A stretch of 59,528 bases of DNA, the filler included, from Basidiobolus ranarum (Eukaryota), in the NCBI GenBank assembly GCA_040143965.1. It is 3 parts of 3 records of this genome, joined end to end, with 100 filler letters (N's around TTAATTAATTAA, not from the genome) between each part and the next. Parts side by side here need not be neighbours in the genome. Positions count along the whole stretch, not along the records: positions 1 to 19,822 come from JASJQH010007117.1; positions 19,923 to 39,678 come from JASJQH010007118.1; 1 more part is not named here. One strand, 5' to 3'. The notes beneath the pieces are model-generated. The model was not told the origin of the DNA, did no database searches, and saw nothing but the letters and a program-made list of their open reading frames with translations. Of the stretch, positions 10,907 to 22,067 are shown one piece after another (position 1 is the stretch's first letter; every line of letters starts with the position of its first letter). Position numbers and translations under genes: made by a program.

Positions 10907-13515
10907 TGTGACAGTGGTGGAAATAGTGGGCGAAGGGTGGTTATATTTGGGGCAGCAGTAAAGGTATAATGGTATAAAGATTAGCTATGAATCGCTGAGT
11001 TTGTGCCAATATTTGCCTCAGAGTATGACTGCCACAATTCTCTCAACGCGTTTAAATAGTTTTTAGCTAATAGTGTGATATGTAGGGTACGATAAAGCAT
11101 GGCTGTATTGTACACTTGGCTCAATAAAACCACAGGTTCAACTGAGGAGAGAGTACATTAAATAATAAGGGATAAGAGCTAAGCATGGAAAACTGATCCA
11201 GATACTAATTCGATTTCCGACTTGCATGCATATATCCCGAAAACCAAATTAGTATGGCGCTGGACACTCTCAAACGATATAAATTGTTTATTCAACTAAG
11301 GAAATATCTACGTTGACCAAGATTTTCACTAATAATGCCATGGTTATCACTGTGTTTGATTGGATATACACAATGTGCACCAACTGAAACTAGACATAAT
11401 GTTGAATAAGCTCATGAAACCGAAGCAAATACTTAAAAACCAATGTCTATATGTATTTACTTGAAGTCAGACTTGGGGTGAAGAGGATTAATGGGTTTCG
11501 TTGACCTGCATTGGTATCAACTGAGGAGTTGCTAGGGTTATACCACTCAGGTATGAAACATACGTGACTGCACACTTGTTGGCAGAGTAGATTTGGATTA
11601 TTCAGGATCATCCCTCATTTGGGATCATACATTTGCTATGTTTAAGGGTTCAACTTAACTTTGACTGGCTTTCAATCCTAAAGCCAGCAAGCACCCTTCA
11701 ATCCGAAACAAGCTACGCTCATTAGAGCTATCACTTTCTATTAAACGAGGAGATAACGATCCATCACAGTGCTGGCATTATCAAAGATGGTGCCTACTGG
11801 CTTATAGTATGATGGGTTCCAGTTTGTGCTGAATTCATATGAGTCCATCTGAAAGTTATATCTTATGCAGTCCAGTGCAGCTAGTGTTCATTCCACTATA
11901 GGCATTACTAATATTACACCGGTAACCCATGGTGCTGCATAATCAGTAAAACTAGAACTCCCTTCTACATCTGAATCATAATATTGTGTCAACGTTTGCT
12001 ATCCACACTCTGTATCGCAGCCATTTTCATACTCAATTAGCACTTGATTGTTTGTTGTAGAGACAGAACAGAGGTTAGCTAGCTAGGATAACACCATCAT
12101 GACACCGACACATTTAAGAATTTTGAACTGGCTATTTCTTTACTTTCAGTAACCACCTAACTCCCATCCTTGCTTTGAGATGGTTGGCATTGAAGTATTA
12201 TGCACTATTCTATTGTGATACGTATTATCCGTATGTTGATTAAGTATTGTGCATCAACTGTCTATCACCTAGCGTGACATACATATATATATATAAGCGT
12301 ATAGTATAGTTCCTATCCGAAGGGCTATCCCTACCATGTTATGATACCAATTTGAAGAAAGAAATGTCTACATGGGGCAGTTCATTGGTGAGGCTTGATG
12401 CTGGTTTGTGATTAGGTATTTGTATGTTGCCTCATCCAGATGCCAAGTGTGTTAATGGTGGTGTAAATGTTAGGGTCACAGTCTCTAACGAGAGTTTTAA
12501 AGTGTGATTCTAGCCATCATTCACAGATGCTAATTCAATCCAGGCACTTCCCTTAGATAGAATGCTTAATGAGTCTACATTGATACAAATATCTCTGCCA
12601 TGGGCCCAGTTAGTACTGAGAATATCTGATGATGTAACTATAATTGCCCAGAACTGAGTTCATAATATTTGAGTATTGACAACACAAATGCCTGTTCTCT
12701 AGACACATCAAGTATACCTATTCACGCTGTTGTGTTGTATCTACTACCTGAGCAGCACAACAACACTAAAGAGTCACTTTACTAACCTGATGTTGTGAGA
12801 AGATATATATCATTGCTTCGAAAATACTTGTGTATCATTATATGTACAAGCCTCAATAGATCAATTTATCGGAGAATTTCACAACTTGCAAACCTTGATC
12901 TAGCGTGAAAAAACTTGGTATTTAGGCACATCATGAGAGAAGATATATGCCCAGGGTTAACTCGCTTCTGGTCCAACTTCAATACCAGTTGATAAAAATA
13001 TTTGTTGAGTTTGATTTAATTAATTTTTGATCGAGTAAACCATTAAATGTCATCTGAGGCCTAGAGAGAGCTGGCTGTTGCAACCATATTTCCTTGGGTT
13101 TATTAAGGTTTAGACTTCTTTAAAGTTAAATGTAGTCAGATTAACATCTTCCGTTACTAATGTAAAACCAACTCCCCCAAAACTCATTAGCAAATATCAT
13201 TCATCAGGTAACCTAGTTTCACCTTGGTGATTTCTAGACACAAGTAAAGATCGCACTATATGATATTTTTGGTTTTATTGCTGCTTATAATGGAAATATG
13301 AAAACTAATGTAAGCGAGTCTATATAAACCTATTATAACATATGTTGCACGAGAATAAAACAAAAATCAAAATGATGGACACGCTTTACAATAATACGAC
13401 CTGACATTAAACGATTAATACATCGCCTTAGAAATTTACAATGTTGGGATCACATGATTGGAGGATAATTTTAACAATGGTGTAACAAAATACTAGTGAA
13501 TATTATGTGTAGTTC

Positions 13516-15689
13516 CTATTCCTTGACTGGAGGTAGCGGCATACGTATTTTTCTCTCGGAGGATATTGTTGAAGGCATCATGCCATCTCGGTGCTTGTTT
13601 GGTCCTTTCGATAAGTCTTGTATACTACATTGATCACTTGGTACATTTGTGAATACGGGTCGTGGAAGTGGTGATGTGGAACTGATAGGATTAACTATAT
13701 TGCTGAATGATCTGTCATCGTGAAGGGTTTTCTTGCTGAAACGTGAAGACATTCTTGCTTTACTAAAAACGCTTTTAGAAGCTGGTGGTACAGGCAATAG
13801 CTTACGATTGCCTTGGGGAGGATTGGTAGCAGCCTTGTTTGGATTTTCAATACTTAAATCCCCACCAGTTACTATAGGCGACCGAGGTGACGAAGTGACC
13901 TGAGCTTCTGTAAAGTCCTTATCATTATGTAGACCAATATCATGAGCGTGTGAGCATGGTGAATTACTCTTGCCAGTGGTCAAATCCATTGTCACACTTT
14001 GGTCAAGAGGAAGTGGACCTGCTGGTTTAGCAATTTCTTGATTGGTGTGAAGATTTGTTATCCTGTCCCATTTTTTTAATTCACTGCCTTTTGGATCGTC
14101 AGCTTGTTCCGAAGGTCCCTCTCCAAGTATCGTTTTATGGGGATATTTCAAACTACTTGATTTCAATTTTGTCAACCCGTTAAGATTATTCCAATCACTA
14201 ATACTGTCGCTAGTCGTAATTGGAATGTTGAGTGTGGAGTTTATCCTGATAGGTTTATGTTCGGTTGAGTTCATAATACGTGTCTGGCTGAGGTCTGATG
14301 ATTGTAAAACATAGTGCTGTTTTAGCGGTTGAGAAGCCTTGGAACGAATACTGGATACTGAATTATGTTTTGCAGTCACAATACAATTTCCGTTGTAATC
14401 CCTCAATTGCCTGTATACTTCTGGGATCGAACTAGCTAAAACAAGTGACGTTCTCACTATGACAATGGCAATGGTTGAAATATCATTGGAATTAATACTT
14501 ACTACTCAATGGTGATATTGCTATTATCATAACTTACTATGCGTATCAAATTTTGATTGGTGACCTCGCATCCTCACGATACTCGCCCAAGAATGTATTT
14601 TGGTTTGTTGCTTTTGTAGATCGTAAAGCATTCTTTCTATATGATGATGTCTTATTAGAGAAGACAAGCGAATACCAAGGGTTTAAAAATGTACTTACTA
14701 TAAGTTTCAATTCTCTGAGCTGGAGTGACTCCCAAGTTTCTAATGACTTCTTGAGCAGCGGTGTTACCACCTCCACCACTTGGAATCGAACTTAAAACTC
14801 TGGATAATGTTTTGAAAGGATTTTTTCCACTCTTGAGTTTGGAAAAGCTCGAGTTGGTGGATGTTGGGTTCTTTACTCGATTCAACTTTGAGGGTGATTC
14901 CAACTTCCAGTTTAGGGAGAAAAGTCTGCTCTTTTTACAAGACAAGTCTTCAGATTTTGAAGAAAGCGTTGCAGATACAGAGTTCGTGCGATATAAAGAA
15001 GTGCTTTTGTAATTGGGAGGAAGATTAAATGAGTCCCATGATCTTGATGGTAGAGTTCCAGAGGAATCATCTGTCGAGCTCAAACTCTCCGTATCAATGG
15101 TCTCGTAAGAGTATGAGCATGTGGTTAGCGAGCGCTTCAAAAGTGGCATAGGCTGTTGCGTGTGAACCGAAGACTGAAATTCGAATGGAAGAGGACCTTT
15201 AAGTTGAAATTGGTCGGAATTAGCTCGAAGCTGGGGTGTTTGTAGGGAGGCCGAATAGTTAAGATACGAGTCATCTTCAGAGGACAGAATCATGACCTGT
15301 GGAGCGAAGGAATGAATATTGTTGGCTGTGATATATACTTTATCGATGGCCTCTTTGGCTAATATTGGAAATCTAGGTGGTAGAGGTAATGGCTTATCTT
15401 TTAATTGCTCAAACGTTGGTAAATCTGAAATTCTCTTCTGGCGACCCAACTGTTGATCTGTATAAAGTACTCTATCGTGTTTGTCAGCATAATCCACATC
15501 ATTAGTTCCCATATATCCAATCTGAGAATGAATGGAGTTGGGTGTAAAGAAGACCTGCTGTGAATCGTGAGAATCAGTGGCCTTTGGATTCTTGGTAGAC
15601 AAGTCTGCTGCTGAATAGAGTGAAGTGTTGGAACTTGGTAACTCTGGAAGGGATTTCTTAAACAAGGGGTGCTGCTCATTTGAGAGCAT
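13516..15689 (-). CDS. Ser/Pro-rich, probably disordered protein of about 676 aa (3 exons: 15689-14699, 14636-14538, 14456-13516)
   Basis: Two GTAAGT..TAG introns (14637-14698, 14457-14537) join the two long ORFs in frame through a 99-bp exon (KRMLYDLQKQQTKIHSWASIVRMRGHQSKFDTH). The start could instead be the ATG at 15863. Confidence 0.75.
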
Positions 15690-17305
15690 ATCGCAGCACT
15701 GAATTTGAGAGTGAAACAGTTGAAATAGGCGCTCAATGTATCGAGTTCCCACTAAAAGATATACCAACTCAAATACGGACGCTTCTTGAGTTACTGTGGT
15801 AAGATAATAGTTAGAGAGTGAAAGATAGCTTGGGCCAAGTAGTAGACACAATCGCGTTGACATTGATGAGCATTTAATATTAGATTTTCAGACCAGAAAA
15901 TGATTGGTTGAAATATTTAGATTGACTAAATAAACGGAAATTCAATGCTAGATACAGTCAAAGCAACACTAATTTTAGACGCAATACTCGCTTGTGAAGG
16001 TCACGTCATGAGTCTAATGTTAGAGATTGCCACCTTTTGAAGCAGGGATCTCATACGATTATTGGGTGGTGATATTGAATCATCACGCTCTCATCAGGGC
16101 GAGTGCCAAATTTCCCTGGAAATTGTAGGCAGAAATATGATTAGTAAACAAGTCATTCCTCCGAAGTTGCGCCATGCGTAGTGTCCAACCATTCGATAGT
16201 AGTCTGAGTTTCAGGGTTAGATATGCTGATCTGAGAAGTAAGAGGATATGGTTTCAATGATAGAGTTTTATCGAGCGTGTCTTTTTTTGGGTTACACGCA
16301 TATTCAAGTACTTGCTTGCATTAGGAAGCCGATTGACCAAACGCTCATGTGAGGCATAAATCAGGTAACTCACAGAATGATACTAGGCTATTCCCGGTAT
16401 CAGCTTTATGAAAGGCTATTATCCGTACCCTCTAGCAGGAGATATGGTTGACAAATCAGAGCGACGAATCAGTAGCCTCGGTTTTCATATACTTGTTATA
16501 TTGACTTGGACCATCTGAAACAAATCGACGACCACTGGCTGCTATCACTCCAAAGAAGGGATCGAATTTAATCTTGTATCGTAAGCGCCTGCTTCACCAA
16601 GTATCACTACGATCACTTGGCATATGTATTGAGGTTGCTGGTAGACACCATGCGTCATGGATATGCCATATTTCAGCAATCTGAAACTTGTAACAATAAT
16701 CAAGGATTCAGCTGAATAAACGAACATGGTGACCGAATCCAGTTTATCAATTCTTGAAAAACCTTTGCGTTTGAAACCAAAATCAGTTGATCTTGAGAAT
16801 TAATAAGCTTTCCAAAATTCACTGTCCGTACAGATTTCATGATGGGGGTTTCGTGCAATCTACTGCTAGATTTGTGTGCGTGTGAAAGTGCTCCATCGTT
16901 GGTAGACCTTCCAATCATTGTGTAAGATAGTGTTATTCGTAACTGGTTTGTGTCTCGTTTGGCTATTAGCGACGTATTTGTGCAAACAATTCAGTAAAAT
17001 ACAAGTAACGATTGTTCCCGAACGAAACAGGTTTGAATGGTAACAAATTCCCGAATAAATCTCACGCAAAATTGTCCAATTCATTATCACTGAATAACAT
17101 TCAAATATCCAGATTTGCCGTGTCCGGCTTGGCTAGAATTCGGCTATCTGTTAGGCAGAATCCCTAGAATCAAGAAAAAATAAAGACTTTCAATACTGTT
17201 CAATAGTAGACGAACTGGGAAGTGGTGTAACAAAGCCTCGGACAATACTGATATGGCTCTGGTATAGGGTTCGAAGCTACGCAAATATCCACCCTTATAT
17301 CTGCC

Positions 17306-17313
17306 TATATAAA
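17306..17313 (+). promoter_or_regulatory. Candidate TATA box of the GPCR gene
   Basis: TATATAAA about 140 bp upstream of ATG 17452. Confidence 0.4.
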
Positions 17314-17451
17314 TGGATAATCCCCAGATTAGAAGCAATTGAGAACTAATTTTTCGAATTTGAGCGAGCATAAATCACTTGGCTGCTGAATGCGTGGATA
17401 GTTACAAAACCCTTTATTCTTGCACTTCAATTTTACCAACAGATCACATCA

Positions 17452-18645
17452 ATGTCCTCATATGAAGAGTTGGGCCTCGCTATCGATGGAATCCGTAACC
17501 ATACGCTTCGGGCTTCTTTCGTAATCGGATTAATCTCAGTGATTGCCGTGATCATTGTTATTGTAGTAGGAGTGATAATTCAATGGTATTATCGTCACGA
17601 ATCAACACGAACCTCATTTACACTAGCTCTATGGGTCGCACTTTGGGACCTGGGCTTTCATATTGGTAATATACTAAGTGCCACTTTGATAAAGCACGAT
17701 ATCAGCAGCTCCAACCTTCTCTGTACGCTTCTGCGATTTTTCGGGAATATGTTCAAGCTACTTTCAATCTTTACCACCGCTATCATTGCTTTCAACTTGC
17801 ACCAGGTCTTTGTGCTGAAAAAGGAGCGTTTTGCTCCTTACCAGATATACTACATACCTGTAGTGATGATTCTGGCATTGGCCATTTCGGTTCCTTGCTT
17901 GATTTCCAGTAGGATCCAGGGCGTCTGTTGGCTTGCCGACCCGAATAACGGATACAGACTGCTGATGGCTTGGTGGGGGTCCGGGTATATATGGATGATT
18001 GGATGCATGGCGTATTCGGTAGGGGTTGTTGTAAGCGTCCTAAGGATTCTCAAAAGACACCAAAGGCAAATGAGCCGAGAAGACACCAACAATAGTGGAT
18101 TTTCTAAAAGTGTCAGGCGAAGTGTGTTTAGAATCGCCATGTACCCAGTCATTCCCGTAATTACATTCTCGTTTGCCATTGCAGGGAACACCCTCGAGTT
18201 TATACGCATGGGGTCGGATAGTGATAGCATACCATTGCTCATTATCAGCTCGTCATTTATCATCATATCGGATTTTGCAACCTCAGCTACAGGGGTTCTT
18301 ACCGCCGTAATATTCTGTATGGACCCTATGCTACAGCGCTTCATTCACTCCATAAGAGCCTCTTCGGTAAGCTACTACCATTGTTACAGTAAAACCAACT
18401 CCGTAACCACCTCGATGAAGTGTCGAATAATTTACTGGTGTTGCAAAGAAGACATCAACCGATATCTCAGATCCGATGAATACTCCACAACATACTACGG
18501 GAAACCAAGCACAGCATTTGACGAGTTTCCAGAAACTCATATAATGCTATCATCGATGGAAATCATAGCTCAGGAAGCCAAAGGAGAAACGGAATCACCA
18601 CCTAATAAGCAAACCCGGTTAGAAAAAAATATTCAATACCTATAA
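17452..18645 (+). CDS. 7-TM G-protein-coupled receptor, cAMP-receptor-like/Git3-like
   Basis: Seven hydrophobic segments, DL in TM2, Cys at start of TM3, CW in the second extracellular loop, RIAMYP in TM6, DP closing TM7; single exon. Confidence 0.8.
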   Translation: MSSYEELGLAIDGIRNHTLRASFVIGLISVIAVIIVIVVGVIIQWYYRHESTRTSFTLALWVALWDLGFHIGNILSATLIKHDISSSNLLCTLLRFFGNMFKLLSIFTTAIIAFNLHQVFVLKKERFAPYQIYYIPVVMILALAISVPCLISSRIQGVCWLADPNNGYRLLMAWWGSGYIWMIGCMAYSVGVVVSVLRILKRHQRQMSREDTNNSGFSKSVRRSVFRIAMYPVIPVITFSFAIAGNTLEFIRMGSDSDSIPLLIISSSFIIISDFATSATGVLTAVIFCMDPMLQRFIHSIRASSVSYYHCYSKTNSVTTSMKCRIIYWCCKEDINRYLRSDEYSTTYYGKPSTAFDEFPETHIMLSSMEIIAQEAKGETESPPNKQTRLEKNIQYL

Positions 18646-19194
18646 TGGTCCTACACTAATCACTGGATAACACTCTTCGTTGGGAATAAATTTGACTGCT
18701 TCATCGGTGCTGCTTGTAGTAAATTGGTTAGTATACAAAATATTGATAATTTACTTCAAGCTCATTGTCATTAATGTAAATAACTATCCTACAACCTCAA
18801 TATACTTGGCACTGCGTAATAAACTTACTCTCATTGTACCCAATGGCAACATACTTTGATTGGCGAGAGCTGCCAATGTGGATTTTTACATTTGATAATA
18901 CGGAATGTTGGTCTTTTACAGCGGTAAGAAAGAGGAAAGCATGGCGGTGGTGAATTCAATATATACAATGCAAAGAAACAACTTCTATGAGAACTCGCCA
19001 GTAGATGTAGATTATGAGTGAGATTCTACTCTGGATACCTTTTCTTGGAGGAAAGCCAGGATGTACAATACACAGGCTTTGGACTTATTCTCAACATACT
19101 CCAATACAGCGGGATTATAATATTTCCTGATGTACTGAGCAGTATTTGCAGTATGAAGTTATAAACTCAATATCAAGTTGTATGAATGGTAGGC

Positions 19195-19822
19195 TATTGA
19201 AGGATTGGGGCTAAGTTGTTATTATTCTAAAGGAAATGGTTTAGGGGGATGAAAAGCAACAGGTGGTGTGGACTTTACTTAGATTATATACTAATCCAAA
19301 CAAAGTGGGTTAGGGGGATGATAAGCACCAGAAGGTGTAATATTTATTTATCAATTTAAACAAAGTCAATAAATAAATATGCCAAGTTAGAATATAATAT
19401 TCAAAGACAAAGTCAAGATGTTGACAGAGCTATGTTTCCTAATAAGCTATGCCTAAGAGTATTCCAGATAGGATGGAGCTAAGGGTGAAGTATTCCAGAA
19501 GGGATGGGGCTTGAGTAGAGTTTTCCTGAAGGGATGGAGTCAAAAGTAGAGAGTTCCTAGTGAGCTTAGGGGGATGAAAAGCACCATATGGTATGGACTT
19601 TATTTAGCTTAAATACTAATCTAAACAAAGTGACAATCAAGACATCAATCTTTTAAGTTAATGTGACATTACTGGATCATTTAGGGTTAGGGTATAGATG
19701 TTCTGGTAAGGGTAAAAAAGAAAGCAGGGGGTTTGGGGGATGCAATCCCCCATGTACACCCTTCTCACAATATACTCAAGTCACTAGTATATGGGAAGAA
19801 TTGGGCTTGCCCAAATTTTCCA
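19195..19822 (+). mobile_element. Probable transposon terminus (Helitron-like) with internal tandem repeats
   Basis: Three ~67-bp repeats starting TTAGGGGGATGA (19241, 19310, 19566); three ~30-bp GGATGG units (19471, 19502, 19532); hairpin GGGGGAT-gca-ATCCCCC (19735-19751); CTAGT at 19784; no CpG seen. Confidence 0.45.
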
Positions 19823-19922
19823 NNNNNNNNNNNNNNNNNNNNNNNNNNNNNNNNNNNNNNNNNNNNTTAATTAATTAANNNNNNNNNNNNNNNNNNNNNN
19901 NNNNNNNNNNNNNNNNNNNNNN
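19823..19922. other. Artificial contig spacer
   Basis: 44 N + TTAATTAATTAA + 44 N; the 12-mer gives stops in all six frames. Confidence 0.97.
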
Positions 19923-20657
19923 CTAGAGGCCATTGTTATTATATTTCAAAGTTGAGTGTACTGAAAGTTTTTTAGTGATAATATTCGACCGAGAAGATCT
20001 TCACACTCTTTATATTCTCTTCAAAATAGAGTAAACGTCACAATCACATTTCATCACAACCAAACTAAAACCATTCATGAATCATTGGAAGAATTTTCGA
20101 CTATATTTGGTGAAGAATTATTGAATATTTCGACCACAACGATGATATCAGAAGAATGAATTTAATGCTGTTACACCATTATGACTCTATAATCATCCAG
20201 ATTAAGTGAAATATACGTCAAGATGAGAGCAAGATATTAAATAGTGACTTTTCAAAGTACATATATATTTTTACGATATATGACCATTTCCCTTTTTTAA
20301 GATTCCATGCAAAACGATATTTATAATAATAAAAGTAATAAAATTGTTTATTGAGATAGAAATTTATAAGTGTAAATTTGGATGGCATATAAAAAAATTC
20401 ATTTGGTTAGTCTGATCATTGAATTTGAATTTCATTTGACTTATAGGATAGTTTCTTTGATAAGAATTCTGACGTCAAATGGGATAATGACGATTGAGTA
20501 CTACATTAAACCAAAATCACACTTTACCATAAACTCATGGAGTGAGTTTTCAAGTAAAAAAAAGGTATATAATACGAAGTGATAGCTATCCAAATAACCA
20601 TAACAACTTTATTTACTTGCGATACTTTTTGTAAATTCATATCTTCAATATATCAAT

Positions 20658-21645
20658 ATGGCCTCTAGAACTTTCATGAAATCTGTCACTCAATACGGTA
20701 TGTTCAATTCCGTTAGAGTATCCACAAATACTACTCGCATGTTCCATGCCAACCCTCAGGTCTTGGTAAGTAAAAGTCTCTTAAATATGGATTCGGATTG
20801 GAATCAACTTAACTCACAATTTATGACCTTCTTCGTCATCATAGGAAAAGCAAACAGTCGTCTCAAAGATCCAAGAAACTCTCTCTAATACTGCCGGTAA
20901 GGTACAAGAAGCGGCAAGCAGCTTGAACCAAGCCACAAGAGAGAAGTTGGCCAATGTCATTGAACAGACAGAGAATGCTGCAAAGAAGGCCACTGAGACA
21001 GTAACCAATGCTACAGAGCAGGCACAGGTCAAGGCCAAGAATGTGTCAGAAGAGGTGAAGGCTCGAGTACAGCAAGGAAAAGAAACCACCCAACAATTTG
21101 TCGAAAGCAAACAATCCGAAGTAAAGCATGGAGTTAATAAGGCAATCAACGAAGCCGAGTCAAAGGCCAATCAAGTCGCCAACAGAGTCAAGGCCAATGC
21201 GGAAGGGTTGAAGAGGGAAGCAACAAATGCCTCTGAAACAGCCCAGTCCAAAGCCAACGAGATCATCCAGGATGCCAAACCAACACTTCATGAGGCTGGT
21301 AAATATGCAGGTGAAGTAGCTGGTAAAGTTCAATCAGAAGTTGCTGGCACTGCCAAATCAGTAAGTGAAGGAGTCAAGAGCAAAAGTGAACAAGTGAAGG
21401 AGTATAGTGGAGAGGTTGCTGAAGCGGCCAAGGTCAGGGCTCAGCAAGTTGCAGAGGAAGTCAAGCCACGAGTTGAACAAGCTAAGTCTGAAGTCAACCA
21501 GGCAAAGAATACTGTTTCCAAGGTAGCCACTGAAACTACTGAGCAAGCAGAAGTCAAAGCCAATCAAGCAAAAAAATCGGCTCAAGAAGCAGCTGAAACC
21601 ACTCAACAAAAAGCCAAGAATGCAGTAAATGAATTCACAAAATGA
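20658..21645 (+). CDS. LEA group 3-like hydrophilin with a mitochondrial presequence (about 302 aa)
   Basis: Exon 20658-20765 is R/S/T-rich with no acidic residues. Intron 20766-20844 (GTAAGT..TAG). Exon 20845-21645 is A/K/E/Q/T-rich with 11-residue periodicity. Confidence 0.8.
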
Positions 21646-22067
21646 GCATGACAACAAAGGCATAGCTGAGTATTCGCATGTTGTATTTAATCCTATACAT
21701 GTGTAAATAATAAAATTTTATCATCATCCACAACGCGAGCATTTGGTTAAATAGTAAATTTGCTACAAGATTGATTCAGGTAAATGAGGACATAGGAAAG
21801 CATTAGACTACATCGCTAATACACTTATTAAGAATCAAGCGAAAGATGAAGTTTATAATGAAGAGCCAAGAAATCAATTAAAGATTGTATAGTTTATATT
21901 TAAGTTCGAATTAAAGTAGGGTATGGTGAGGTAAGAGTTGGAACAAGCGAATTGCGTTGTCGATCGTAAATATGATAAAATTTCAAGATAAACAAGAGAA
22001 ATGTTGAAGTCAAAGCACGAAGCACGGGTAGTCAGAATGAGATAATGCAAATGAAATGCTCTTACTG

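Noticed and set aside
10907-13515. 2.6-kb gap examined for a sixth paralogue, RNA gene or transposon
   Set aside because: No family motif or structured repeat seen beyond a short (AT)n near 12283.
19241-19632. CRISPR-like reading of the spaced repeats
   Set aside because: Repeats are degenerate and irregularly spaced, the context is eukaryotic and there are no cas genes.
19681-19692. TTAGGG x2 as a telomere
   Set aside because: Only two units, with non-telomeric sequence on both sides.
19867-19878. TTAATTAATTAA palindrome as a biological site
   Set aside because: Centred in N runs and repeated identically at 39723-39734; an assembly linker.
20030-20159. Possible last exon (VNVTITFHHNQTKTIHESLEEF..)
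   Set aside because: Short, at a contig edge, no recognisable family.
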